The notes: generated by a model from the sequence alone, not told the origin. A stretch of 64,000 nt of DNA from Spirulina sp. (GCA_044070495.1 JBIPSI010000015.1:64001-128000); one strand, 5' to 3'; shown: positions 1-10,695, counted from the stretch's first letter. A program made the numbers and translations.

Positions 1-69
1 ATGCTCCTACTGCCGCCGCCGAGCAGGTCTAGCCCTGGGCTATTTTTTCACCCCCAAGGGGCCTATCCC

Positions 70-453
70 GTGACCCTTGATCCTCACCATCAGCGCCAAA
101 TCGAACGTCTGCGGGTCATTCTGATTCGTCGATGGTGGCTAACCAGTGTGCTCCTCTGGCTGACGGTGGGCAGCCTCAGCCTGTGGAGCCTGCGGGGGGA
201 ATGGGTCTATATCCGGCAGTACTTTACCTGGACGGCAGTGCGCTATGCCCTAGCCTACAACCGCCTCGCCGCCATCGGCCTGGGCCTGTGCGTGGGCCTC
301 ACGGTGGCGCTGTTGGTGTCCGAAAGCCGCCACATTCTCTTTGGCCTTAGCCGCACCGAGTACGAACGCCTCGACCATCTGCGCCAGCGTATTGAACAAC
401 AGGGGGAACGCCATCCCCTGTGGCCCGCCCTGCACCAGCGTCGCCAGAAATGA
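70..453 (+). CDS. Hypothetical membrane protein
   Basis: ORF 1..453 with two hydrophobic segments (RWWLTSVLLWLTVG..., LAAIGLGLCVGLTVALLV); the GTG at 70 is a plausible start. Confidence 0.6.
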   Translation: MTLDPHHQRQIERLRVILIRRWWLTSVLLWLTVGSLSLWSLRGEWVYIRQYFTWTAVRYALAYNRLAAIGLGLCVGLTVALLVSESRHILFGLSRTEYERLDHLRQRIEQQGERHPLWPALHQRRQK

Positions 454-472
454 TCCCCTCGCCCTTCTGGCC

Positions 473-736
473 CTAGTCCATCGGAGTCACTTGCCGGAGA
501 ACGGTATCGGGCAGCTTGTTGGGGGCCGGACTCACCTCAATCATCCGAATGCTGTACATCGGCAGCATCACCAGACGATCCTCCAGTTCCAGCGCCACCA
601 TGTTGGATTCCATCATGGTTTTGACGCGGCTGGCCATTTGCAACATCGTCGTCTGCTGGCTGTTGAGGCCATAGGTTTGCACCGTGCCATCGTTGAAGGT
701 GACGGTGATGTGGGCAATGGGGGTAGAATCGGTCAT
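473..736 (-). CDS. Hypothetical protein (87 aa)
   Basis: Clean ORF with ATG, purine-rich GAAGG upstream, natural amino-acid composition. Confidence 0.6.
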   Translation of the reverse strand: MTDSTPIAHITVTFNDGTVQTYGLNSQQTTMLQMASRVKTMMESNMVALELEDRLVMLPMYSIRMIEVSPAPNKLPDTVLRQVTPMD

Positions 737-962
737 GGTTAGGAGCCTTCCGTAGAAAGAAAACGCGCAAGTACGGGAAATGGCTCAAGAATAGCGAGAA
801 ATTGCGGCCTTGGCGACGCTTTGCCCGAAAAGTTCCCACCGCCTCTAGGGGGGTGGGCAGCATAGATAACCCTTCTCCGCTGGCCGCTATCCCGAAACTA
901 TTTTTGGCCGCATACACTAGGGGCTAGATCCATCCTGTGGAGGCTGTCCCGATGATTACCGA

Positions 963-1017
963 ATTTTCATGCTCGTTATCAGGAACAGGAAATTATTGTG
1001 GAAATAGAAACTGGGGT
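963..1017 (+). repeat. 55-bp exact inverted copy of an internal part of the DUF4160 gene (50641..50695)
   Basis: attttcatgctcgttatcaggaacaggaaattattgtggaaatagaaactggggt is the exact reverse complement of 50641..50695 (encodes FHARYQEQEIIVEIETG). Confidence 0.9.
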
Positions 1018-2006
1018 AAGTAGGTGACTCTAAATAAACGTAGTCTTCCTAGATCGTAAGGAACTTAGAGTTAGCTTGACGATTCGAGGCAAAACTAAAG
1101 CGTTTGAGCGTGTAGCCTGCCTGGGTTCCTCTACGGTTCAATCCACGAATCACACCCATCGCTAAGTCATAGGTATCCTCAAACATCGCACCTCGAATCT
1201 CATGGGCTTTGATCGGATGTACGTAGCACTGGTGAGGCTGCCGACGACTAAGCCATAGCTCATGTCTCGTCCCGGTTCCTAAAGCCCCAGAACACTCAGT
1301 CGTCGACTGCGCTTCGCCGCCTGCTCTTGGCACTTTTGGGTGCCCATTAACGACCAACTGTAGCTGACGGGACCCCAGCTATCAAAGCCCGATTCATCGA
1401 GGTACTTGAGCCGAATATAACCGTCTCGTGCCGCCTGGTGTAGGAGGTCTAAGTCAGCCTGTTTCCGGGCTCGCAGCACCAGGTCTTGGCGGCAGTGATG
1501 GCTGTGCCGGGTGCGTTTCCATCGATAGCTTTTTTTGAGTAAGCGTCTCAGGTGGCTTCGGCTGAGGCTGATGCCCTGAACCTCGGCCAGATGCTCCACC
1601 AGTTGACGACGATTAACAGTGCGCTCCTCTGTCAAGAGATGCTGCGCCAATGCGCTCATCACCGCTGGGGTACAGTGTGACGGACGACCTGGGCGACGAC
1701 TATCCCATAACCCATAGAGCCCCTCCCGCTGCCAACGATGAATCGCCCTGCGGGCCGTGGCGACTTGCCAGCCCAGATATTCAGCAATTTGGTCAGGGGT
1801 CCATCCCCGATGGCTTAACCTCAGCGCTTCAGCCCGGTCTTTGGTGCGTTGAGGCACGCCAGACGCCCCTCGCAACTCTTGCAGGGTGCGATCTTCCTCT
1901 ACACTCAGTTCCACTCGTAAGGGGGGCGTTGGCATCGCTGGAACAACCTCGATGGGGGCTCTTCAGCATACCTCCATCGCTACGTTTAATTCCGTCTACC
2001 TACTTA
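1017..2006 (-). mobile_element. IS630-family insertion sequence, internally deleted
   Basis: 27-bp imperfect terminal inverted repeats: taagtaggtgactctaaataaacgtag (1017) and the reverse complement of ctacgtttaattccgtctacctactta (ending 2006); TA at both ends; encloses transposase remnants. Confidence 0.85.
1049..1935 (-). pseudogene. IS630 transposase pseudogene
   Basis: 1279..1935 has HTH, winged-HTH and the first catalytic motif YLDESGF, then stops; the C-terminal motif KAHEIRGAMFEDTYDLA is in another frame; the central DNA..H and PxYSPxLNPIE segments are missing. Confidence 0.8.
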
Positions 2007-2312
2007 CTGGGACTCCAAAACGCTGTATGAGAGATTTCTTAGGTTGGGGACCTTGCTACGAGGCGAGCGTCTAGGATAATAATAAAGATAAGTTTATGAA
2101 AAGGTTAAGCCCTGGGCCTCAGGGCTAGTTTTAGGTTTCTGAATTGCCAATAAACTCACTGTTCTAGGCCGCATTGGAGCATGGATGTTCTCCAGATTTC
2201 ACCATAGAGTCCCATGGGCGTTTCCTAGAACTAGCCTTGATACCCTGAGGTATTAATAAAAACTAATACTAGGGAGCTAAACCTAAATTGTTGTTAGTTA
2301 ATTTTTTTGAAA

Positions 2313-3071
2313 ATGCCTAAATATCTCAGTCGCTTGGCCTCTAGCCAGGATTCAGAATCTATTGACTCACAAAGGGAAGGAATTGTCGAAAATGACTCTG
2401 AAGAAAATATGTTAAAGGGATCTCAGGACAGGGTGGCAATCCCTTCGCAATCACGAAGTTCCCTAGCTAAAGTCCTTTTTCTTCTCAGCCCAGCGTTTCT
2501 TGCCTTAGGCTTAGTAGCTACCTTACATTATTGGAAAGATATTCCGATACGATCCCTGACGGCGGATCCAGCCGCTATTGTAGGGCAATCTTTCCACTTG
2601 GGATTTCTATCTCAACTCGGTATTTTTCTGTGGTCAGCCATGGCTACAATTTGTTTTCTAACTGCCACGGTGTTAAAGATTCAGCCTGCATTCAGGTATT
2701 CCTATAAATTCTTTGTGTGGTCTGGCTGCTTGACACTGTGCCTAGGCCTGGATGATGTTTTTTTGCTTCACGAGGAGTTTTTCCCATTTTATTTGGGAAT
2801 TTCAGAGAAGTTAATCTATGCCTTATATGCTGGGTTCGTTACGGTTTATCTATGGCAATTTAAGCGGCTTATCCGGCGTACAGACTACACGTTTTTAGCG
2901 ATTGCATTTATCTGTTTTGCCCTGTCAATCGGCCTGGATATTCTAGAGTTGCCCTATATGAACCCCTACTTCTTTGAGGATGGGTTTAAGTTCCTTGGGT
3001 TGATGGCGTGGTTAGTTTACTTTTGGCAGACGGCCACTACTCTTCTGCGAAGTCACTACGCCCGACCCTAG
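2313..3071 (+). CDS. Polytopic membrane protein, function unknown
   Basis: About seven hydrophobic helices, LDDxFxxHE and EDGFK motifs; AT-rich relative to its neighbours; start uncertain (2307/2313/2408). Confidence 0.7.
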   Translation: MPKYLSRLASSQDSESIDSQREGIVENDSEENMLKGSQDRVAIPSQSRSSLAKVLFLLSPAFLALGLVATLHYWKDIPIRSLTADPAAIVGQSFHLGFLSQLGIFLWSAMATICFLTATVLKIQPAFRYSYKFFVWSGCLTLCLGLDDVFLLHEEFFPFYLGISEKLIYALYAGFVTVYLWQFKRLIRRTDYTFLAIAFICFALSIGLDILELPYMNPYFFEDGFKFLGLMAWLVYFWQTATTLLRSHYARP

Positions 3072-3442
3072 AAGGCGGAGGGAGATAGCCTAAGCTAGGA
3101 CAGAAAGGCAGAAGTATGAAAGCGGAAGGCAAAAGGGGATCCTCTTTCTGCCGGGGCTGCGCTTTTCGAGAATAGGGGGCTATTTCTGCCGTTGAGTACT
3201 AGGCCCCCACAAGTCGCTAGCTTCTGCACTTGGCCCAATCTGGACTTACTATGGGCCAAACAAGGCTGTGACATTTCGATAAGGAGTCTTGCGAATTTAT
3301 CGATACAAACGACGGCATTTACACTAAACTTAGGCGGCAATGGGTCAGGGAATGGTTATGGTATGGGCAACTGTCCCCCATCTTGGCCGAAAGCGTGCTA
3401 ACTTTTAGTACACGTGTCTTATGTCCGAGGCACCCCTAGCGA

Positions 3443-6400
3443 ATGCACATTAAGCGCGTCGAGTTGTCCCACTTCAAGTCCTTTGGTGGCACAACCCAGG
3501 TTCCCCTATTGCCTGGGTTTACGGTCATCTCTGGGCCAAATGGGTCTGGCAAATCGAATATTTTGGATGCGCTGCTGTTTGGCCTAGGGCTAGCCAGTTC
3601 TAAGGGAATGCGGGCGGATCGGTTGCCGGATTTGGTCAACCAAGGCCAGATGAGTCGCCGCACTACCTCCGAGGCCAGCGTTACCGTCACCTTTGATCTG
3701 AGTGATGTGCCGCCGGAGTTCTTTTTAAAAGATGCGGCGGATTTAATGGAGGAAGCCCACCGCGCCGCCAGTGAGGCGGATGGCAATGGTGACGGTTCAG
3801 CGGCCAGCGGAGCCAACGGCCAGAACGGCAACGGCAAAAAAAACGGTAATGGTAACGGATCTACAGCGGATTCACGACTGGTACCCCTGGCCATCAATCA
3901 CGAGTGGAGCGTGACCCGGCGGCTGCGCGTCACCAGCCAAGGCACCTACACCTCGAACTACTACATCAACGGCGAACCCTGCACTCTCAACGACCTGCAC
4001 GAGCAGTTGCAGCGCTTCCACATCTATCCCGAAGGCTACAACGTGGTGCTCCAGGGGGATGTCACCAGCATCATTTCCATGAACTCGCGGGAGCGGCGGC
4101 AGATCATCGACGAACTGGCCGGGGTGGCTTCCTTTGACCGCAAAATTGATCAGGCTAGGGGCAAGCTGGATGCGGTGCGCGAACATGAAGACCGCTTTCG
4201 CATTGTGGAGCGCGAACTGCAAACCCAGCTAGAGCGACTGGCTCAGGATCGTCAGAAAGCCGAAAAGTACCAAAAACTGCGGGCCACCTTCCAGGACAAA
4301 AGCCAGTGGGAGGCGGTGCTGGTGTGGCGGCAGCAGCAGCGGCAGATTGATCAACTCCAGCAGGCCATCGCCAAGGGCGAAACCGAGGCGACAAACCTGG
4401 CCCAGGCCATCACCCAGGCGGATCAGGCCGTGGTGGCCCTAGAGGCGGAATTGGCCACCCTCAACGCCCGCATTCGCGCCATGGGGGAAGACGAACACCT
4501 GGCCCTACAGGCCAAGGTGGCCACCCACGAGGCCGAACTGCGCCAGTTGCAGCGCCAGGAACAGGAGACTCGCACTGCCGCCAACCAAGCCTCAGCCCAA
4601 TTGCGGGACACGGAAATTGCCCTACAACAGCACCAGCGCACCCTAGCCCAGCTTCAGCGGGAGATTGAGGAGCAGTCTACGCGGGAAATCGTCACCCTCA
4701 CTCAGTCCAGGGATCAGGTGCAGCAGACCCTAGAGGAACGGCGACAGGCCACCAATGAGATTGCTTCGGCCTCCCAGGCTTGGGTGCAGCAGCAAACGGA
4801 ACTGCGCCATGCCATCGAAACCCTGCAATCAGCCCTAGAACCCCAGCGGGCCGAGCAAATTCGCCTGCAAGAACGGCGGCACCAGCTAGAGCAGCAAATT
4901 CAGGTGCAGCAGGGGCAACTGACGGCTCTCCAGGCCGAGGATGTCCTCGGTGGTGGAACGGCCCCCGACCTCAGCCAGCAGCTAGAGCGGGCCAAGGCCG
5001 AAATTCAGGCCACCGCCGAGAAAATTTCCGCCGCCGAAGCGGAACTTGCGGTGCAGCGGGAAACCCAAACCCGTCTGCTCAAAGAACAACGGGACAAGCA
5101 GCGCCAACTGGACAAGCTAGAGGCCCAAACCCAGGCCATGCAGGAAAGCCAGGGCACCCAGGCTACCAAGCTACTGCTGGATAGCGGCATTAAGGGCATT
5201 GAGGGACTGGTGGCGCAACTGGGCAAGGTGGAACCCCGCTATCAGGTCGCCCTAGAGGTGGCGGCGGGGGCGCGGCTGGGTTATTTAGTGGTCGCCAATG
5301 ATAAGGTCGCGGCGCAGGGGATTGATTTCCTCAAGCAGCGGCGGGCTGGACGGGTGACGTTTTTGCCGTTGAACAAAATCCGTGCCCCAAAATTCACCCC
5401 CGTACCGGACTGGAAGCGTCCCGACGGCTTTTTGGACTATGCCGCTGACCTGATCGACTGTGACCCCCGCTACCGCGACATTTTCGCCTACACCTTCGGC
5501 AGCACCGTGGTGTTTGACCGTCTGGAGATGGCGCGGCAGCATTTGGGCGATTTTCGCATCGTTACCCTGGATGGCGAAGTGCTAGAAACCAGCGGCGCGA
5601 TGACCGGGGGCAGCCTCAACCAGCGCTCCGGTAGTCTGCATTTTGGCACCGTAGAACCCGCTGAATCCGAGGAAGCCCAGGCCCTCCGGCAGCGGCTCAG
5701 CGACATTGACGTACTGCTAGAACGGTGCGAACGCAACCTGCAAACCACCTCTACCACCCTGCAAACCCTCACCCAAAGCCTGATTACCCAGCGGCAGCAG
5801 TACCGGGAAATGCAGCTTCAGGGCGAACAGCAGCAGACCCAGCAGCAACAGCTTGCCCAACGCCGCAGCCAAATTCAAACCCAGCTTCAGCAGGCCCAGC
5901 AGGAGTTTGCCGCCGCCGAAACCCGTCTTCAAGAGATCGCTAGGGTGTTGCCGACCCAGGAATCCGAAATTGCCCAAAAACGGTCGGAATTAGAGGTCTT
6001 AGAGCAATCCCAGACCCACAGTGAATGGCAAACTGCCCAGGCCGCCGTGCGCCAGCTAGAGCAACAATTGGCCGAGCGCCAAGCGGCCCTACAACAGGCG
6101 GAACGACACATCCAAACCCGCCAAAACCAGCGCCAACAGCTAGAGATCACTATCCAGCAGGCCCAGCAGACCATCGTCACCATCCGCCAACAGCAGGGGG
6201 AACGGGAGCAAGCGCTGGCCCAAATCAAACAGCAGCAGGAGGGGCTGAACCAGGAAATCGCCCAACTGCGGCAGGCCATGGCGGTGCTGGACCAAACCCT
6301 CGCCGCCGAAAAGGCCAACCGTGACCAATTAGAAGCCCGCCTGAGAGACCAACGCACCCAAAAACAACAGCAGGAATGGCAGCGGCAAAAGTTGCTCGAA

Positions 6401-7165
6401 ACCCAGCAGGAGCGGCGACAACAACTCACCGAAGCCCAAACTCTGTGCCAGCTTCAGGCTCAAGAACTGCCCGACCCGCTGCCGGAAATCCCCCCCGACA
6501 CTGACCTAGAGGAACTGCGAAAGGAACTACGTTCTCTCCAGCGACGGATGGAAGCCCTGGAGCCTGTCAACATGCTGGCCCTGGAGGAATACAACCGCAC
6601 CGAAGAACGCCTCAACGACCTGAGCGACAAGCTCTCCACCCTAGAGGAAGAGCGCACCGAACTGCTGCTGCGAGTGGAAACCTTTACCACCCTGCGGCGC
6701 AAGGCGTTCCAGGAAGCCTACGATGCCGTGGACAAAAACTTCCAGACCATCTTTGCCGAACTCTCCGACGGCGATGGCCACCTGCAACTGGAGGATCCCG
6801 AAGACCCCTTCAACGGCGGCCTGAATCTGGTGGCCCACCCCAAGGGCAAACCCGTGCGACGGCTGGCCTCCATGTCTGGGGGAGAAAAATCCCTGACGGC
6901 CCTCAGCTTCATCTTCGCCCTCCAGCGCTATCGGCCCTCCCCCTTCTACGCCTTCGACGAGGTGGATATGTTCCTGGATGGGGCCAACGTGGAGCGGCTA
7001 TCCCGCATGATTAAGCACCAAGCCGAACAGGCCCAGTTCATTGTCGTGAGTCTGCGCCGCCCCATGATCGAAGCCTCCCAACGCACCATCGGCGTTACCC
7101 AGGCGCGAGGGGCTTACACCCAAGTGCTGGGCATTGACCTAGAAACCCAAAGTGCCGCGCCGTAG
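3443..7165 (+). CDS. smc: Chromosome segregation protein SMC
   Basis: FKSF, Walker A GPNGSGKSN, long coiled coils, hinge (GRVTFLPL, GAMTGG), signature MSGGEKS, Walker B FDEVD. Confidence 0.98.
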   Translation: MHIKRVELSHFKSFGGTTQVPLLPGFTVISGPNGSGKSNILDALLFGLGLASSKGMRADRLPDLVNQGQMSRRTTSEASVTVTFDLSDVPPEFFLKDAADLMEEAHRAASEADGNGDGSAASGANGQNGNGKKNGNGNGSTADSRLVPLAINHEWSVTRRLRVTSQGTYTSNYYINGEPCTLNDLHEQLQRFHIYPEGYNVVLQGDVTSIISMNSRERRQIIDELAGVASFDRKIDQARGKLDAVREHEDRFRIVERELQTQLERLAQDRQKAEKYQKLRATFQDKSQWEAVLVWRQQQRQIDQLQQAIAKGETEATNLAQAITQADQAVVALEAELATLNARIRAMGEDEHLALQAKVATHEAELRQLQRQEQETRTAANQASAQLRDTEIALQQHQRTLAQLQREIEEQSTREIVTLTQSRDQVQQTLEERRQATNEIASASQAWVQQQTELRHAIETLQSALEPQRAEQIRLQERRHQLEQQIQVQQGQLTALQAEDVLGGGTAPDLSQQLERAKAEIQATAEKISAAEAELAVQRETQTRLLKEQRDKQRQLDKLEAQTQAMQESQGTQATKLLLDSGIKGIEGLVAQLGKVEPRYQVALEVAAGARLGYLVVANDKVAAQGIDFLKQRRAGRVTFLPLNKIRAPKFTPVPDWKRPDGFLDYAADLIDCDPRYRDIFAYTFGSTVVFDRLEMARQHLGDFRIVTLDGEVLETSGAMTGGSLNQRSGSLHFGTVEPAESEEAQALRQRLSDIDVLLERCERNLQTTSTTLQTLTQSLITQRQQYREMQLQGEQQQTQQQQLAQRRSQIQTQLQQAQQEFAAAETRLQEIARVLPTQESEIAQKRSELEVLEQSQTHSEWQTAQAAVRQLEQQLAERQAALQQAERHIQTRQNQRQQLEITIQQAQQTIVTIRQQQGEREQALAQIKQQQEGLNQEIAQLRQAMAVLDQTLAAEKANRDQLEARLRDQRTQKQQQEWQRQKLLETQQERRQQLTEAQTLCQLQAQELPDPLPEIPPDTDLEELRKELRSLQRRMEALEPVNMLALEEYNRTEERLNDLSDKLSTLEEERTELLLRVETFTTLRRKAFQEAYDAVDKNFQTIFAELSDGDGHLQLEDPEDPFNGGLNLVAHPKGKPVRRLASMSGGEKSLTALSFIFALQRYRPSPFYAFDEVDMFLDGANVERLSRMIKHQAEQAQFIVVSLRRPMIEASQRTIGVTQARGAYTQVLGIDLETQSAAP

Positions 7166-7205
7166 CGGTTTGCTCCGAACCCTCGGCCATGGGGAGGGAT
7201 CTCCC

Positions 7206-8261
7206 CTAGAACGCCATAACCTGAATGAGGGTGAGGCTGGTGAGGGCTAAAAACAGCCAGGACAGCCCCGCCAGCAGCAGCGGTTTGAGGCCCAGGTTCA
7301 CCAGCTTAGACAGGTAGGTTTCTAGACCCATGGCGGCGAGGGCCATACAGAGCAGGACTTGGTTGACCTGGGCCACGGCAGCCTTGAGGGCGGTGGGAAA
7401 AATCTGCAAACTATTCAGCAGTACCAATCCAGCAAAAAACAATACAAACCAGGGAATCGGTAGGGTTTTGGGTGAACCGCCATGGGCTTGAGATCCCCGC
7501 GCCTGCCAGCCTAGACCCAACAGAATCGGCACAATCAACAGCACGCGGGAGAGCTTGGCCACGGTGGCGATGTCGCCGCTGGCGGTGCTGTGCTGAAAGG
7601 CGGTGGCAATCACCTGGGCGACTTCGTGGATAGAAGCTCCGCACCAGAGGCCAAAGGTTTCGGGCGAAAGCTGTCCCAATCCTGCGATTAGGGGATAACT
7701 CACCATGGCCAGGGTGCCGAATCCGGTGATGGTGGCGATGGCGTAGGTCATGTCTTCTTCGGAACCATCCACCACGGCATTGGTGGCCACGATGGCCGAG
7801 GCCCCACAGATGGAGGTGCCCGCCGCAATCAGCCGCGTCAGTTTGGGGTTCACCTGCAACCGCTTGCCTAACCAGGTTGTGAGGTAAAAGGTGCTGACGG
7901 TGCTGGAGACAATAATCGTTAACCCCACAGGGCCAACGGCCAAAATTTCCGCCATGCTGAGCCGCAAGCCCAACAAAATTACCGCCAGCCGCAGAACGCG
8001 CTTCATCGCCAGTTGAATGCCGGGACGATAGACCCCAGGCAGGGGAACCAGTTGACGCACCGCAATCCCCAACAGCACCGCCACCAGCAAGGGGTTCAGC
8101 AGCTTGATCCCCGCACTATGGCTGAGGTGGCCAATTCCCAACGCCAGGGCCGCCAATAATCCCGTCAACCCCAGACCGGGAAGCCAAGCCTTCAATTGGG
8201 CTGTCCAGGAGAGAGAGGCCGAAGCCGGAGATGGAATATCCGTTTTTGCAGAAACTTTCAT
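7206..8261 (-). CDS. YeiH / putative sulfate exporter family membrane protein
   Basis: LLGLRL, GTSICGASA, GASIHEVAQV, KLSRV and PWF motifs; about ten TM segments. Confidence 0.9.
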   Translation of the reverse strand: MKVSAKTDIPSPASASLSWTAQLKAWLPGLGLTGLLAALALGIGHLSHSAGIKLLNPLLVAVLLGIAVRQLVPLPGVYRPGIQLAMKRVLRLAVILLGLRLSMAEILAVGPVGLTIIVSSTVSTFYLTTWLGKRLQVNPKLTRLIAAGTSICGASAIVATNAVVDGSEEDMTYAIATITGFGTLAMVSYPLIAGLGQLSPETFGLWCGASIHEVAQVIATAFQHSTASGDIATVAKLSRVLLIVPILLGLGWQARGSQAHGGSPKTLPIPWFVLFFAGLVLLNSLQIFPTALKAAVAQVNQVLLCMALAAMGLETYLSKLVNLGLKPLLLAGLSWLFLALTSLTLIQVMAF

Positions 8262-8285
8262 GGTTCAGTCCTTGAGGGGAAAGCA

Positions 8286-8569
8286 GTAGGGTGGGCACTG
8301 CCCACCATTGGGCTGGGATTGCTCTGGGATTCTGTATCGCCAGAGTGTAGGTTGATCGGCGCGAAGAGCAGTGGGGTGGGCAGTGCCCACCATTGGGCTG
8401 AGAGAGGTAGGTTGGGTGGCGCGAAGCAGAACCCAACACAATCGGCGCTTGAATTGGGGCACAAGTCCGGATTGAGGACTGGGTTTCGCGTCGTCTTTTA
8501 CTCAACCGATAAAGCTGGAGATAGCGTAGGCTCTGGGGTTGGGTTTCACTTCGTTTCACCCAACCTACG
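8286..8569. repeat. Cluster of GTAG-type REP-like palindromes
   Basis: gtagggtgggcactgcccacc (8286) and a variant at 8371 alternate with gtaggttg... units; inverted ...cacccaacctac ends at 8569. Confidence 0.8.
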
Positions 8570-8673
8570 AATCTAGAACCTCGGTTTCTCAGCCATAAAG
8601 CCAGTCATCTCGACAGAGCAGCAACCCAGCAACCGGGGTTCTGTGTTGCGTTTCGTCTAAAGGACTTGTGGGC

Positions 8674-9402
8674 CTAAACCACAATAGCCAGCAGGGAAAA
8701 CACCAGCAGTAAGGCCATCACCATGCGGCGAAAGTGGGCTTCGTTGACGCGCTTAAAGCAGAACTGACCTAGCAGCAGCCCCATCGCAAAGACGGGAACA
8801 AAGCTCAGGAAAAGCTGCCATACGGCGATGGACAAAATGCCGCCGAGCCAAAAGGAAACCAGGGCTGTGGTCTGGGTGAAGGCAAAAAAGATAATGAAAT
8901 TGGCCCGATTCGCCGCCGCCGCATTGTTGCCCGACATGGAGTACAGCACAACGGGCGGGCCACCAATTCCGGCAAGGCCAGTCAGGAATCCGCTGACGGC
9001 TCCGACCAGAGAGGTCAAGGACACATGGGCGCGGTTGTAGTGGCTTTTGCCCGACCACAGCAGCAGCACAAAGCTGAGGATCAACCCGCCAATCAGCCGC
9101 CGCATTAGCACAGGCTCTAGCAGGGAGAGAAAGTGCGCCCCCACCGGAACCATGATCATGGCACTGAGCACTAGGGGCAACACCTCGCGCCACAGGGTTT
9201 TGGGAATAGCGGCGGGTACCAGCCCCGCTCCGGCAATCATCTCCAGCAAAAGCACCGTGGCCACCACCTGCTGGGGTGGAAAGAACAGGCTGAGGGCAGG
9301 GGCGAGGATCATGGCGGAGCCAAACCCGGAGAAGCCACGGGTAAATCCGGCAATGGCCACAATGCCCCAACTCACCAGCCAAACCCCGATGCCCATAATC
9401 AT
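8674..9402 (-). CDS. Sulfite exporter TauE/SafE family protein
   Basis: GFTRGFSGFG and GFLTGLAGIGGPP motifs, about eight TM segments. Confidence 0.9.
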   Translation of the reverse strand: MIMGIGVWLVSWGIVAIAGFTRGFSGFGSAMILAPALSLFFPPQQVVATVLLLEMIAGAGLVPAAIPKTLWREVLPLVLSAMIMVPVGAHFLSLLEPVLMRRLIGGLILSFVLLLWSGKSHYNRAHVSLTSLVGAVSGFLTGLAGIGGPPVVLYSMSGNNAAAANRANFIIFFAFTQTTALVSFWLGGILSIAVWQLFLSFVPVFAMGLLLGQFCFKRVNEAHFRRMVMALLLVFSLLAIVV

Positions 9403-9503
9403 CCTCTGCCAGACGGAACATTAGAAAAGGATCCCCACGGTATCAGCTTAGTAACAGGAGTGAGGTGGAGTAGGGATCCAAATACTTCAAAACCTAGGAG
9501 CTT

Positions 9504-9581
9504 GTAGGTTGGGTGGCGCGATAGCAGAACCCAACATAGGGGCTGCGGCTGTTGGGTTTCGCTTCGCTGCACCCAACCTAC
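9504..9581. repeat. Inverted REP-like doublet
   Basis: gtaggttgggtggcgcgatagcagaacccaaca ... tgttgggtttcgcttcgctgcacccaacctac; same family as 8407-8569. Confidence 0.75.
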
Positions 9582-9588
9582 GAGTGGG

Positions 9589-10695
9589 CTACAAGTTGGC
9601 CGTTGCCAAGGCTGGGGCTGGCTCCACCTTGGCCCCAAAGGTGGCGTTTAACCCCTGGGCAATGTTGCCGAAAATTTGGCTGAGGGGGGCATCGGGTTCA
9701 CAGAGGGGCAGGGGCACTCCGGCATCGCCCTGGGCGCAGACACGGGGGTCGATGGGCACCTGGCCCCAGAGGGGAACCGAGAGTTCCGCCGCCATTTGGG
9801 CACCGCCACCGCTGCCAAAGATGGGGGTAGGTTCGCCGCAGTGGCCGCAGAGGAGGTAGCTCATGTTTTCCACCAGGCCCAGCACGGGCACCCCCACCTG
9901 GCGGAACATATGGACGCTGCGCCGCACGTCGGAAATGGCCACCTGCTGGGGGGTCGTCACCATCACCACGCCGCAGATGGGGCTTTCTTGGACGATGGTA
10001 ATCTGGGCGTCGCCCGTGCCGGGGGGCAGGTCAATCAGCAGATAGTCCAACTCGCCCCACTCCACATCATGGAGAAACTGGGTGATGATTTTGTGCATCA
10101 CCGGGCCACGCCACGCCAAGGGATGATCCCGTTCCGCCAGCAGCCCCACGGACATGAGCTTGATGCCGTGGGCCTCTAGGGGTCGGAACCGCTGCCCGGT
10201 GGGGGTGTCGATCACCTGCACCTGGGATTGGCCCAGGCCGAGCATTTGGGGCACATTGGGGCCGTAGATGTCGGCATCCAATAAACCTACCTTGGCCCCG
10301 GTTTTGGCTAGGGCAGCGGCTAGGTTCACCGCCGTGGTGGATTTGCCCACACCCCCTTTGCCACTGGAAACCGCCAGGGTGGTGCGTACCCCCGGAATGG
10401 TGCAGAGTTCGGCGTAGGCTTTTTTGCACCAGGGCAGTTGCGCCAGGGTAGTTTGCACCTGGTCTTGCAGGGCCAACTGGTGCCGCCCCACATACAGCCG
10501 CAGATAGACGTAATCGCCCACCACCCGCAGGTTTCGCACCATGCCCAGGCTCACCAAGTCGGTGCCCAGGGTGGGTTCTTTGAGGGTTTTTAGCAGGGCC
10601 ACCACCTCGGATTTACGATTCAATTCCTCAGGGCTGGGGGGCGCTTCGGCGGGGGCAGCATCGGCCCGATGGAAGGGAGAGGTGTGGCTAGACAT
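9589..10695 (-). CDS. apbC: Mrp/NBP35 (ApbC) Fe-S cluster carrier ATPase with N-terminal DUF59-like domain
   Basis: SGKGGVGKST, DADIYGPN, WRGP, DLPPGTGD, ENMS..CGHC; ATG at 10695 overlaps the upstream stop. Confidence 0.9.
   Translation of the reverse strand: MSSHTSPFHRADAAPAEAPPSPEELNRKSEVVALLKTLKEPTLGTDLVSLGMVRNLRVVGDYVYLRLYVGRHQLALQDQVQTTLAQLPWCKKAYAELCTIPGVRTTLAVSSGKGGVGKSTTAVNLAAALAKTGAKVGLLDADIYGPNVPQMLGLGQSQVQVIDTPTGQRFRPLEAHGIKLMSVGLLAERDHPLAWRGPVMHKIITQFLHDVEWGELDYLLIDLPPGTGDAQITIVQESPICGVVMVTTPQQVAISDVRRSVHMFRQVGVPVLGLVENMSYLLCGHCGEPTPIFGSGGGAQMAAELSVPLWGQVPIDPRVCAQGDAGVPLPLCEPDAPLSQIFGNIAQGLNATFGAKVEPAPALATANL

Noticed and set aside
1529..1536. A7 run in the IS630 transposase as an active programmed frameshift
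   Set aside because: The run is read in frame here and the catalytic core is deleted downstream, so the element cannot be autonomous
7176..7185. cgaaccctcg matching the tRNA-Ser T-arm as a possible att site bounding the sulfur cluster
   Set aside because: Only 10 bp, does not extend to the tRNA 3' end, and no integrase is present; compatible with chance
8104..8576. Several short ORFs in the REP cluster
   Set aside because: They are translations of palindromic repeats (WWALPTL / VGSAHP patterns), not credible genes
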